A DNA stretch of 64,000 bases from an uncultured Verrucomicrobiae bacterium. GTDB taxonomy: Bacteria; Verrucomicrobiota; Verrucomicrobiia; Chthoniobacterales; UBA10450. The stretch's first letter is position 1. Each line of letters opens with the position of its first letter. Positions 9,569 to 18,044 of the stretch are shown piece by piece. Under the pieces are notes generated by a model. It had not been told where the DNA came from, ran no database searches, and saw only the letters and a program-made list of their open reading frames with translations. The translations under genes were made by a program, and so were the position numbers. The stretch lies in the NCBI GenBank assembly GCA_963726745.1, contig CAVSDR010000006.1, forward strand, positions 64,001-128,000, given 5' to 3'.

Positions 9569-11250
9569 CAACGAGAAGCGAAGACGGTTTTCTGGAGCAC
9601 GAACGAGAGCCCGCAGACGGCCGCGCAGCCGATGAAGTTGAACCAAAGATAGCCGATATCGCTGGTGTAAAAGAGCAGGAGCACGAGCGCCTGCGAGATC
9701 AGCGCCGCAGTGAAAACTGCCGTCCCTTTGACCGCACGCAAAAAGAACGCGGTCAGGAAAAGGCCCAGGATGCTTCCGTAAAAAATCGAGCCAAGGATGT
9801 TCACCGCCTCGAGCAGGTTCTCCACGAGATTGGCGAAAAGCGCGAAGCCGATCGCGACCAGACCCCAGCCCGCGGTAAGGAATTTCGCCACGTAAAGATA
9901 GTGCCGCTCGCTCGCGCCCGGCCGGATGAGCGGGCGGTAAAAATCGACTTCGGTGGTCGAGCCGAGCGCGTTCAGCTCGCCCGCAGTCGACGACATGGCC
10001 GCGCAGAAAATCACGGCGACGAGCAGCCCGATGACGCCGTGCGGGAGATAGCGCAGGACGAAGGTGATGAAGACGTAGTCCGAGTCTTTCGTGTCGGTGC
10101 GCGCATTGGTTTCCCGAAGCACGCGCTTCACTTCCGCGCGGATCCCCTGCACCTCGTCCTGCGCGCCCCGGACCGCTGCCTGCGCCCCGCGGACGTCTCC
10201 ACTGGTCTGGATTGCACTCGTTAGGCCGCGCACCAGCGTTTGCTTGCGGGCAAAGGCTTCATCGTAGCGCGCCTCGAGCGCCGGCAGGCGGCCAGCGGGA
10301 TCGTTCGCCGCGGCCGCGGCGTAGGCTGGCTGGTTGAAGAAGAGCGGCGGCTTCTCAAACTGGAAGAAGATGAAGACCATCACGCCGATGAAGAGGATGA
10401 AGAATTGCATCGGCACCTTGAGGACCGCGTTAAAGAGCAGCCCGAAACGGCTCCCCGCGACGGAGCCGCCGGCAAGGTAGCGCTGCACCTGCGATTGGTC
10501 CGTGCCGAAGTAGGAAAGGGCGAGGAAGAACCCGCCGAAGAGTCCCGACCAAAAGGTGTAACGGCGGTTCGGGTCGAAGGAAAAATTGACCGCGTCCAGC
10601 TTCCCCATCTTGCCGGCCACGGTCACCGCCTCGGTGAACGAAAGGTCCGGCGGCAGCCGGCGCAGGATCATGAAAAACGCCACCACCATCCCGAAGAGGA
10701 TCACCGCCATCTGCCATTTGCCGGTGATGCTGACCGCCTTGGTCCCGCCGACGGAAGTGTAGAGAACGACGAAAAGGCCCGAAAGCAGGATCGTGAGCTG
10801 GAGGTTCCAGCCGAGAATAGCCGACAAGATGATCGCGGGCGCATAGATCGTGATCCCGGCCGCGAGCCCGCGCTGGACGAGAAAGAGGAACGCGCCCAGC
10901 CGCCGGGTTTTTTGATCGAAACGCTGCCCGAGATACTCGTACGCGGTGACCACCTTGAGCCGGTGGTAAATCGGAATGAAAACCGCGCAGACGACGATGA
11001 GCGCGAAGGGCAGCCCGAAGTAGTTTTGCACGAAACCCATCCCGCTCTCGTAGGCCTGCCCGGGCGTCGAGAGGAAAGTGATCGCGCTTGCCTGCGTGGC
11101 CATGACCGAGAGGCCGATCGTGCCCCAGCGGATGGTTTCATCGCCGTGGAGATAATGCCCGAGATCGTAATCGCGGCGCGTGCGCCAATGCCCGTAGAGC
11201 GCGATCGCGAGAAGCGTGCCGACGAGGACGGCGTAGTCGAGCCAGCTCAC
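9568..11250 (-). CDS. sodium:solute symporter (SSS family)
   Basis: LSVMATQASAITFLSTPG, YFGTDQSQVQRYL, AAMSS..GELNAL; many TM segments. Confidence 0.93.
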   Translation of the reverse strand: MSWLDYAVLVGTLLAIALYGHWRTRRDYDLGHYLHGDETIRWGTIGLSVMATQASAITFLSTPGQAYESGMGFVQNYFGLPFALIVVCAVFIPIYHRLKVVTAYEYLGQRFDQKTRRLGAFLFLVQRGLAAGITIYAPAIILSAILGWNLQLTILLSGLFVVLYTSVGGTKAVSITGKWQMAVILFGMVVAFFMILRRLPPDLSFTEAVTVAGKMGKLDAVNFSFDPNRRYTFWSGLFGGFFLALSYFGTDQSQVQRYLAGGSVAGSRFGLLFNAVLKVPMQFFILFIGVMVFIFFQFEKPPLFFNQPAYAAAAANDPAGRLPALEARYDEAFARKQTLVRGLTSAIQTSGDVRGAQAAVRGAQDEVQGIRAEVKRVLRETNARTDTKDSDYVFITFVLRYLPHGVIGLLVAVIFCAAMSSTAGELNALGSTTEVDFYRPLIRPGASERHYLYVAKFLTAGWGLVAIGFALFANLVENLLEAVNILGSIFYGSILGLFLTAFFLRAVKGTAVFTAALISQALVLLLFYTSDIGYLWFNFIGCAAVCGLSFVLQKTVFASR

Positions 11251-11369
11251 GCGAAGAAATGCTCCAGCGCCCAGAAGAGGAGGACGTCGAGGAAGAAGAC
11301 GAGCACGACCGCGAGGTAGGCCCGCCGCCAGGTGCCAAAGAGCGGCACGCGCTCTTCCTCAGGGGGCAT
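11247..11369 (-). CDS. 40-aa single-TM protein preceding the SSS transporter
   Basis: Manual translation MPPEEERVPLFGTWRRAYLAVVLVFFLDVLLFWALEHFFA*; overlaps both neighbours (GTGA coupling to the SSS gene). Confidence 0.75.
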   Translation of the reverse strand: MPPEEERVPLFGTWRRAYLAVVLVFFLDVLLFWALEHFFA

Positions 11370-13845
11370 GGCCTAACGAGACGATGTTTGCGAAGAGCCG
11401 GTAGGCGCCGGGCACGCCCGCCGGGAGCTGGCGGAAGAAGGAGAGGCCGGTGTAGACGAACCAGCCCTGGCCCACCCGGGCCACCAGCAGACCGCCCTCG
11501 GCCGGTTTTTCGCCCGGGTCGTTAGCCGACAAGATCGGCTGCCATTCGCGGCTCCACTCGTTAGGGAAATAGAGTCCGCGTTCCTGCACCCAGCCGCCAA
11601 AATCATCCGCGCCCAGCTTGTTTGGGAAGTTTAAGACCGGGTGCTCCGGTGCGAGCAGGCGCACCTCGGCATTTTCATCGGTCACGCGGTCGCGCGAGAC
11701 CTTGAGCGGAAACGGAAGCTGCTCGGGCTTCGGCCCGGGGGTGGTGTTGTATTGGTAGACGACCACGCCGCCGGCTTTGGCGTAGGCCAGCAGTTCCGGG
11801 AACCAGGCGGAAAGGCGGGCCGGATTCACGTTCGCCGCGCGCACCCCGAGGACCACAGCGTCGAACGGCTTCAATTTCGCCGCCTTAACCTCCGAATCAG
11901 CCAGCACTTTCACTTCCGCGCCGATCTCGCGCAGGCTCTCGGGAATGGCATCGCCCGCGCCGGGCAAATAGCCGACAAGCTTGGCCCGGTTCGCGATCGG
12001 CGCACGGACCACCTGCGCAGTCGCGGGCGAGATCAGCGTCTGCGGCTGGATGTGCGGATACTCGATTTGCTGGCGGCTCTGCGCCGGCGTGCGCGCGCCT
12101 TCGGGCCCGAGCGCGACCGCGCGCAAGGTCACTTCGCCCGCCGCCGCCGGCGGGGTGACCGTGAAACTGCAGGTCGTCTCGCTCTCCGCACCGTGCAATT
12201 CCACCGGCACGGAAGCCGGCTCGACTTTCCAACCGGCCGGCGCTTCCAGCGCCACCGCGCCCTGGATCGTCTCGGCCGCGGCAAGGACGCGCAGGTCGAT
12301 GCGCTTGGGCTCGCTCGCCGGGAAGACGAAGACCGCCTGCGGAAATTGCACAAAGACCGGCGGCGCGATCACCAACGGGCGCGTGGTCTCGCCCTGCACG
12401 CGATCGACCGTGCGCGAGCGCGGCTCCAATTCGTAGGCTATTTCTTCGCCGGCGATCGCCAGCCGGACGGTCACCGGGAACGCGGGCGGATTCTCCGGCA
12501 GCCCGATGAGCCGCTGCTCGGCGACCGTGAAAGTTCCCAGGGTGCCGGGCGCGCGCAGCCAATACGGCTGCGAAAAAGGAAGATCGCGCGGAAGCTCGAG
12601 CGTGAGCTTCTTCGTCAGGAGTTCATCGCGGCGCAAAGGCTCCTGGAACTTCTCCGTCCGCACGCCGCGGAGTTCCACCGCGACCGGCGAACGATTGATC
12701 GCTTCGACCTGGAGATTAATTTTTTCGCCGGGCTGCGCCGCCGGCTTTTCCACGATCGCCTCGAGGTGCAGGCCCAGGCAGGCCGCGATGAGCCGCTCGA
12801 CCGCGCGCGTTTTCTCCTGCGCCCAGAAGTTGTCGCCTAACGACTGCAATTGCTTTCGCAACTCGAGCAGCGCCGGGACGGAGGCAGAGGGCTCGGTGGC
12901 GCGGTAGTCCCGCAAAATAGCCGACACTTTCTCACCGATTATCTTCCCGTTCGGCACGCGGCCCCAGCCAGTCTCGATGCCGCTGAAAAGGTTCGCGCCT
13001 TCGACCGGCTGGCCGGCGAGCAACTTGAAGTATTCCTTGTCCGAGCCGCGCTCAATGCTTACGCCAAAGCCCTGGCTTTTGTGCATCGTGCGGCTGGCGG
13101 CAGCGATCTCTGGATACGACTTCCCGAGAAGCGGCTGGTAACCGCCCGCCTCGATCTCGATCAAACCGGTGGGGTCGAACGGAAGGTTGCGCGCGCGGAA
13201 GAAAAACGCCGAGGTGTTCCAGAGCAGCCGCGTCGCCTGCCATGGCTGGACGTCGCCGAGTTGCTCTGGAAAACGCTCGGGATCGGCCGCGGCCTGGAAG
13301 GCCTCGAGCGCGAGTTGCGCGGAGGCGGTGTGGTGGCCGTGCGTTTCGTTGTCGGTAGGCGAAAAGCGGGTCACGATGACGTCCGGGCGGAACTGGCGAA
13401 TGGCCCAGACAGTGTCGGCTAAAATTTTCTCGCGATCCCAGATGCGCAGGGTTTCCGCGACCGACTTGGAGTAGCCAAAATCGTTCGCGCGCGAGAAGAA
13501 CTGCCGGCCGTGATCGATCCGGCGCGCGGCCAGCAGCTCCTGCGTGCGGATGACCCCGAGCTGCTCGCGCAGCTCGGGGCCGATGAGGTTTTGCCCGCCG
13601 TCGCCGCGGGTTAACGAGAGGTAGGCCGCGTCGAGGAGCGCGCCATTCTCCCAGGAGGCGATCAGGCCAGTGTTCTCGTCGTCCGGGTGCGCGGCCACAT
13701 AGAGCACGCGCCCGAGGACGTTCAGTTTCTCGAGCGCGAGCCGGATCTCCGCCGCGTCCATCGGCGGCGGCAGCTCGGCGGCGCGGGCGGACGCGAGACT
13801 GATCACGGCCGCAAGCGCGCCGCACACGAGCGACTGGCGAAACAT
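11359..13845 (-). CDS. large exported PIG-L family deacetylase with C-terminal Ig-like and glutamine-amidotransferase-like regions
   Basis: Signal peptide; AAHPDDEN, TRGDGGQNLIGPE, RTQELLAARRID, HGHH motifs; C-terminal GWVQERGLYF. Confidence 0.88.
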   Translation of the reverse strand: MFRQSLVCGALAAVISLASARAAELPPPMDAAEIRLALEKLNVLGRVLYVAAHPDDENTGLIASWENGALLDAAYLSLTRGDGGQNLIGPELREQLGVIRTQELLAARRIDHGRQFFSRANDFGYSKSVAETLRIWDREKILADTVWAIRQFRPDVIVTRFSPTDNETHGHHTASAQLALEAFQAAADPERFPEQLGDVQPWQATRLLWNTSAFFFRARNLPFDPTGLIEIEAGGYQPLLGKSYPEIAAASRTMHKSQGFGVSIERGSDKEYFKLLAGQPVEGANLFSGIETGWGRVPNGKIIGEKVSAILRDYRATEPSASVPALLELRKQLQSLGDNFWAQEKTRAVERLIAACLGLHLEAIVEKPAAQPGEKINLQVEAINRSPVAVELRGVRTEKFQEPLRRDELLTKKLTLELPRDLPFSQPYWLRAPGTLGTFTVAEQRLIGLPENPPAFPVTVRLAIAGEEIAYELEPRSRTVDRVQGETTRPLVIAPPVFVQFPQAVFVFPASEPKRIDLRVLAAAETIQGAVALEAPAGWKVEPASVPVELHGAESETTCSFTVTPPAAAGEVTLRAVALGPEGARTPAQSRQQIEYPHIQPQTLISPATAQVVRAPIANRAKLVGYLPGAGDAIPESLREIGAEVKVLADSEVKAAKLKPFDAVVLGVRAANVNPARLSAWFPELLAYAKAGGVVVYQYNTTPGPKPEQLPFPLKVSRDRVTDENAEVRLLAPEHPVLNFPNKLGADDFGGWVQERGLYFPNEWSREWQPILSANDPGEKPAEGGLLVARVGQGWFVYTGLSFFRQLPAGVPGAYRLFANIVSLGHAP

Positions 13846-13863
13846 GGAGGCAAGGCCCGGCGC

Positions 13864-14745
13864 CTAACGAAGGCTGTCGATCAGGAGCTGGTTGTTGCGC
13901 ATTGCGCTTTCGTCCGGCTCCGGCTGGGCCTTCAGGATCTCATTCGACTTCTCAGCGGCGGCGATCGCTTCCGATTTCTTCCCGAGCTTGGCCAGGATCT
14001 GCGCCTTCTTGGTGAACATATAGTAGGCCTTCGGGTTCATCTCGGTGGCTTTGTCGACCCATTTGGCCGCCTGCTCGAGGTCCTTGTTCTGCTCGAAGTA
14101 AAAGCTGCCGGCGTTGTAGTAAAAGCCGGCGTCCTGTTCTTTCCCGCCCTGGATCGTCTTTTCGATCGCCTGGGAGACCTGCGCAGTCGTGTTCGTGGTC
14201 AACTTGATCGGCACATGCGTCTTGTCCCACTCGAGGAACAAAGTCGCCGTGTCGCTCTTGAGGTTCTCGAAGCCGATGGTGAAACTTTCGGTCACGTCCG
14301 GCACGGTCGCCGGTTTGACCGTGAAGCGCACCAGGTCGGCGTCTGGCTTGTAACCGTAGGCGCCCCAGAGCTTGGTATTCTTCGAGATGATGACCGTCCA
14401 CTCGTTAGCCGTCGGGATGGTATAGACAGCATACTCGCCCGCGGGAATTTCCTTGCCCTCGAGCTGGACGGCATCGCTGACCTTCAGCTTCGTGGGGTCG
14501 TTTGCGCCAGTGCGCCAGACTTTCTCCCAGGGCACGAGGCCACCGAAGATCTCGCGGTTGTTTTTGTTTGGCCGCGAATAATCGATCTCGACGTCGGTCA
14601 GGCCGACGCGTTGCTTGACCACGGCGTGCTGGCTCGCCTGCGGGAACTTGACCTTCTCCTCCTGCGCGGAAACGGCGAGGGCGGTGAGCGTGAGGGTGCA
14701 GACCGCGAGCGCGGCCGATCGGGGGATGAACGATACATAGGACAT
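13864..14745 (-). CDS. DUF2911 domain protein with C-terminal TPR
   Basis: Signal peptide; QRVGLTDVEIDYSRP, IFGGLVPWEKVWRTGAN, IPAGEYAVYTIP; helical TPR-like tail. Confidence 0.88.
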   Translation of the reverse strand: MSYVSFIPRSAALAVCTLTLTALAVSAQEEKVKFPQASQHAVVKQRVGLTDVEIDYSRPNKNNREIFGGLVPWEKVWRTGANDPTKLKVSDAVQLEGKEIPAGEYAVYTIPTANEWTVIISKNTKLWGAYGYKPDADLVRFTVKPATVPDVTESFTIGFENLKSDTATLFLEWDKTHVPIKLTTNTTAQVSQAIEKTIQGGKEQDAGFYYNAGSFYFEQNKDLEQAAKWVDKATEMNPKAYYMFTKKAQILAKLGKKSEAIAAAEKSNEILKAQPEPDESAMRNNQLLIDSLR

Positions 14746-14791
14746 CTGCCAAGATACGATGCCCGGATGCGAGTCAAAGACTGCTTCGCCC

Positions 14792-14863
14792 TGTCCCCGG
14801 CGGGAATCGAACCCACATCAAAGGTTTAGGAAACCTCCGTTCTATCCGTTGAACTACGGGGAC
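14792..14863 (-). tRNA. tRNA-Arg (anticodon CCT)
   Basis: Reverse complement GTCCCCGTAGTTCAACGGATAGAACGGAGGTTTCCTAAACCTTTGATGTGGGTTCGATTCCCGCCGGGGACA: acceptor stem GTCCCCG/CGGGGAC, T-loop GGTTCGATTCC, anticodon loop TTCCTAA; CCA not encoded. Confidence 0.96.
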
Positions 14864-15073
14864 GCAGGAGAGCCTGCGGATTGTCGGCGGCGACCGCTGG
14901 ATTTGCAATGGGCGCGCGGCATGGCGGGCGGGCGAAGAAAGGCTTGCCCGGCGGGGGTTGGCTCGCGCACTCTTCGCGGCGCCGGTGGCGAAAGTGTGGC
15001 CGCCGGCGCCTGATGTTTCCCCCGAGAGTCATGAGCGGCGCACGAAAAGTGCGATCGCGGGCAAAGAAACGCG

Positions 15074-15112
15074 TCGACAACGACGCCGGCACTTTATATG
15101 TTCACCTGAACA
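15074..15112 (+). promoter_or_regulatory. sigma70-like promoter overlapped by a Verrucomicrobia-type LexA (SOS) box
   Basis: TCGACA (15074-15079), 17-nt spacer, TATGTT (15097-15102); TGTTC-ACCT-GAACA at 15099-15112 is an exact match to TGTTC-N4-GAACA and its last base is the A of the downstream ATG. Confidence 0.8.
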
Positions 15113-15207
15113 TGAAGACTCTCGCGCGCCGCCTCCTCGCCTTGCTTCGCCGCCCCTTTGTCCCTCGCCCCGCTCAACTCGAGCTCCCCCTATGGCCGAA
15201 CAAATAG
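15112..15207 (+). CDS. 31-aa peptide with a QLELPL clamp-binding-like motif
   Basis: MKTLARRLLALLRRPFVPRPAQLELPLWPNK; ATG sits directly at the LexA box/promoter; overlaps the next ORF by 16 nt. Confidence 0.55.
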   Translation: MKTLARRLLALLRRPFVPRPAQLELPLWPNK

Positions 15208-15407
15208 AAAGCCTCCGCTCCGTCCTCAAGCGCATCCGCGACGACGCCCAGGAGGCGCTCGCGATGCTCGCAGCGAGCGGCCCGGCCCGCTCGCTGGCCT
15301 GGCGCTGCGTGCAATGCGGGAGCGTGAAGCACTTCACCCGACCGGCGGTAAAAGAGGTCGCGCCGCCCTGCCCGAAATGTCGCGGGGCGGAGTTTGCTCC
15401 GCACTGA
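15192..15407 (+). CDS. small zinc-ribbon protein (71 aa)
   Basis: N-terminal helix then WRCVQCG...CPKCRG (two CxxC pairs). Confidence 0.7.
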   Translation: MAEQIESLRSVLKRIRDDAQEALAMLAASGPARSLAWRCVQCGSVKHFTRPAVKEVAPPCPKCRGAEFAPH

Positions 15408-15427
15408 AGTTGCTGGCTAAATGACGA

Positions 15428-15460
15428 ACGCGCCGTCCCGGTCAATCCAGGACGGCGCGT
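15428..15460. terminator. GC-rich hairpin between convergent genes
   Basis: 11-bp stem ACGCGCCGTCC/GGACGGCGCGT with an 11-nt loop; no strong U-tract. Confidence 0.5.
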
Positions 15461-15498
15461 CACCTTTATAGCCTGCTCCTGGTCGATCAGCCCGCTGG

Positions 15499-17783
15499 CT
15501 AAAACTCGACCGACATGCCGGCGTAGCCGCTCCGGCCGGCCGCGGGATCGATGCTGCCGCCGCCGAACGGGAAGATGCGCGAGTAGTATTTCTTGTCCGC
15601 CAGGTTTGAGATGCCGCCGATCAAACGGACGTTGCGCGTCAGGTAGACTTCGCCGGAGAGGTTGAAGACTTCATACGACGGGATGGAAGCCGGCGGAATG
15701 CTGGCGCTGCCGATGTTCGAGTCGGCCCAGTATTGATCCGACACGTAGACGCCGCTGAAAGTGAGATTGAAGCACTTGTCCCGCTTGAAGGTGATCCCGC
15801 CCTTGAAGACAACGTCCGGCGCATAGGCCGGGGTGTTGCCGACAAAGCTGCGGGTCGTTCCGGGCACGAGCTGCGCGCTGTCGGTGAACTCCGCGTCGAG
15901 GATCTGGAGGTTGCTGAAGACGATCAACTGCAGCGGTCGCGGCGCGGGCAGCGGGGTGCGCACATTCTTGCCATCCTTCGCCTCTTGCGGCTCTGGCTCC
16001 GGCAGGAGCTCGCGCTGGAAGGAAGCCAGGAGATCGTAGGAAACTTCGCCCTCGAAACCGCGATGCCGCGTGGTCCCGGTGTTGACCGCGATGGTGTCGA
16101 ACGGTCCGCCGCCGGGCGCCGCGCGGGTCTCGATGCGGTTATCGAATTCCATCCAGAACAGGCCGACGTCATACCAGAAGCCCTTGATCGGCGTGCCGTG
16201 CACCCCGAGCTCGATGTCGAGCGAGCGGAACGGATCAGGCGTTTCGCCCGGCAGGATCGCGGTGCGCGTGCCTGCGATGTCGAAGAAGCGCACCGGGCGC
16301 CAGCCGGAGGAGGCGCTGAAGTAGGTCTCGTTATTGCCAGCAAAATCATTCCCCAGGCCAATGCCCCAAAGCGGGATCAGCTTGTCGGCACTCCGATTCG
16401 GCTCCGTGCCCGGCCGGAAATAGGGCGCGACATTGGCGTCGACTTCGACGCTCTCGTGATCGAGGCGGAACGACGGCACGATGTGGAATTTCCCGATGCG
16501 GATCAGGTCCTCGACGAAGAACGCTTGGTAATCAGCGGTGCGCTCCTGGTCGAGCGCGACCGTTGCCGACGTCGTCCCGCGCGAGGCGTAGAGGAAGCCG
16601 GGGCCGGTGTTGGCGTTGTTCAAGGTGTAGCGCTGGAAAGGCGCGTCGCCGTGATAGAGCGTGCCGCCAAAGGTAAGCGCGCTGCCGCGGAAAGTGCCGT
16701 CGCCGCCCCAACGTTTGCGTACGCGCAGGTCGACGCCGCCGTTGTTGAACTCCTCATAGCCGAAGGTCGTGCTCGTGGGAAACGCGCCCGTTACCGCGTT
16801 CACGTTGGCGCCAGCGCGCGCATCGATGTCCTGGTGGGTATACCAGGCTTTCGCCTGGACCAGCCAATCGGGCCCGAACTCGCCTTCGTAACGGAGGACG
16901 ACGTTATAGCGATCGACCCAATTGTGATTGTAAGGCGTGACCGCCTGGTCGGAATTGGCGACAAATTGCGCGTAGCTCAAGCGGCCCGGATCTTCGCCAT
17001 CGAAACGGGAAGCATGCGCATCGACCGCGACCAGCTGGCCGGGGGCAAAGCGCCAGCCGAGGTAACCGTTCGCCTGCCAAAGGTCATACTTGTTGTGGTC
17101 GCGCTGCCCTTCCGAGGTGCCGTAGTAACCGTCGAGCCGCATCTCCAGCGGGCCGGAAGCTTCCTGCACCGAGGCGAAGCTGGAGTAGGTGCCATTGGGT
17201 CCGCCGGTTTGCTCCACATACGCGCTCCAGGGCGTGCCGGGAGCCGGGCGCTTGCTCACGTAATTCACCGAAGGCGCAGGCTCTGGCCCGTAGAGCAGGC
17301 TGCTGCCGCCGCGGACGATTTGGATTTCGCTCACGCTCTGCGGGACGGGCAAATAGTAGAGCGTGGGAAACCCGATCCAGTCGCTCATCAGCGGGATGCC
17401 ATCGTGCAGGAAGAGGGTGTACTCAGACTCCTGTGGATTCCCGAGGCCGCGGTAGCTGAAGTTGTATTGCGCGGGGTTTTGCTGCTCGCTCACGATCAAG
17501 CCGGGGGCCTTGGTGTAGAGCTCCTGGAGGTTGTTGTTCTCCACCGGCGGCTGGCGGTCGAGTTTGATCACGCTGGCCTTCTTTGTGACCGTGATCTGCG
17601 TGCCGGCGACCTCGCGCATGATGTGCGCCAGCTTCGGCCGCGCGTCGTCCGGCGAAGGCGTGGGACTGGCCAGGGCCTCGCCGCGGACTTCGATCGGTTG
17701 CACGACTGCTTCCTGCGCTTTGAGCGAAGGATGCAGGACCGGACCGCGGCCAGCAGAGTGATAATGAAGGAAGTGCGTTTCAT
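15499..17783 (-). CDS. TonB-dependent receptor (FecA-like; frameshift in the signal peptide near 17740)
   Basis: Signal peptide MKRTSFIITLLAA.. at 17783; plug (YRGLGNPQES, IQIVRGGSSLLYG), barrel strands, NLADKKYYSR and terminal F. Confidence 0.9.
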
Positions 17784-18028
17784 ATTTGGTTTCGTTAGGC
17801 TAAGGCGGTTTTCGCGGGCCGATTGAGCGCGCTGGCTAATTCCCCGGAAGACTCCGTTCAATGCAGGGCGAAGCTGCCGCGTTCTCCGCTCCTGCGTTTT
17901 GGACCACGGCGGCTTGGCGACTGGGTGGCGCCGGGTTGGGCGCGCAAATTTCAGCCAGGAAACGCGGCCGCGCGGAGAGAATCATGGCGCGGTGTTTAGC
18001 TACGCCCGGCAGGCCTGACAAGAGAAAA

Positions 18029-18044
18029 GTTACACGGTTGTAAT
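18029..18044. promoter_or_regulatory. candidate CusR/CopR/CzcR-type operator GTTAC-N6-GTAAT
   Basis: GTTACACGGTTGTAAT contains TTACA-N4-TGTAA dyad symmetry; it overlaps the kinase stop codon and lies upstream of the TonB receptor. Confidence 0.5.

Noticed and set aside
14792..15500. tRNA-Arg as a prophage or island integration site
   Set aside because: No integrase, no duplicated tRNA 3' end noticed, no compositional shift.
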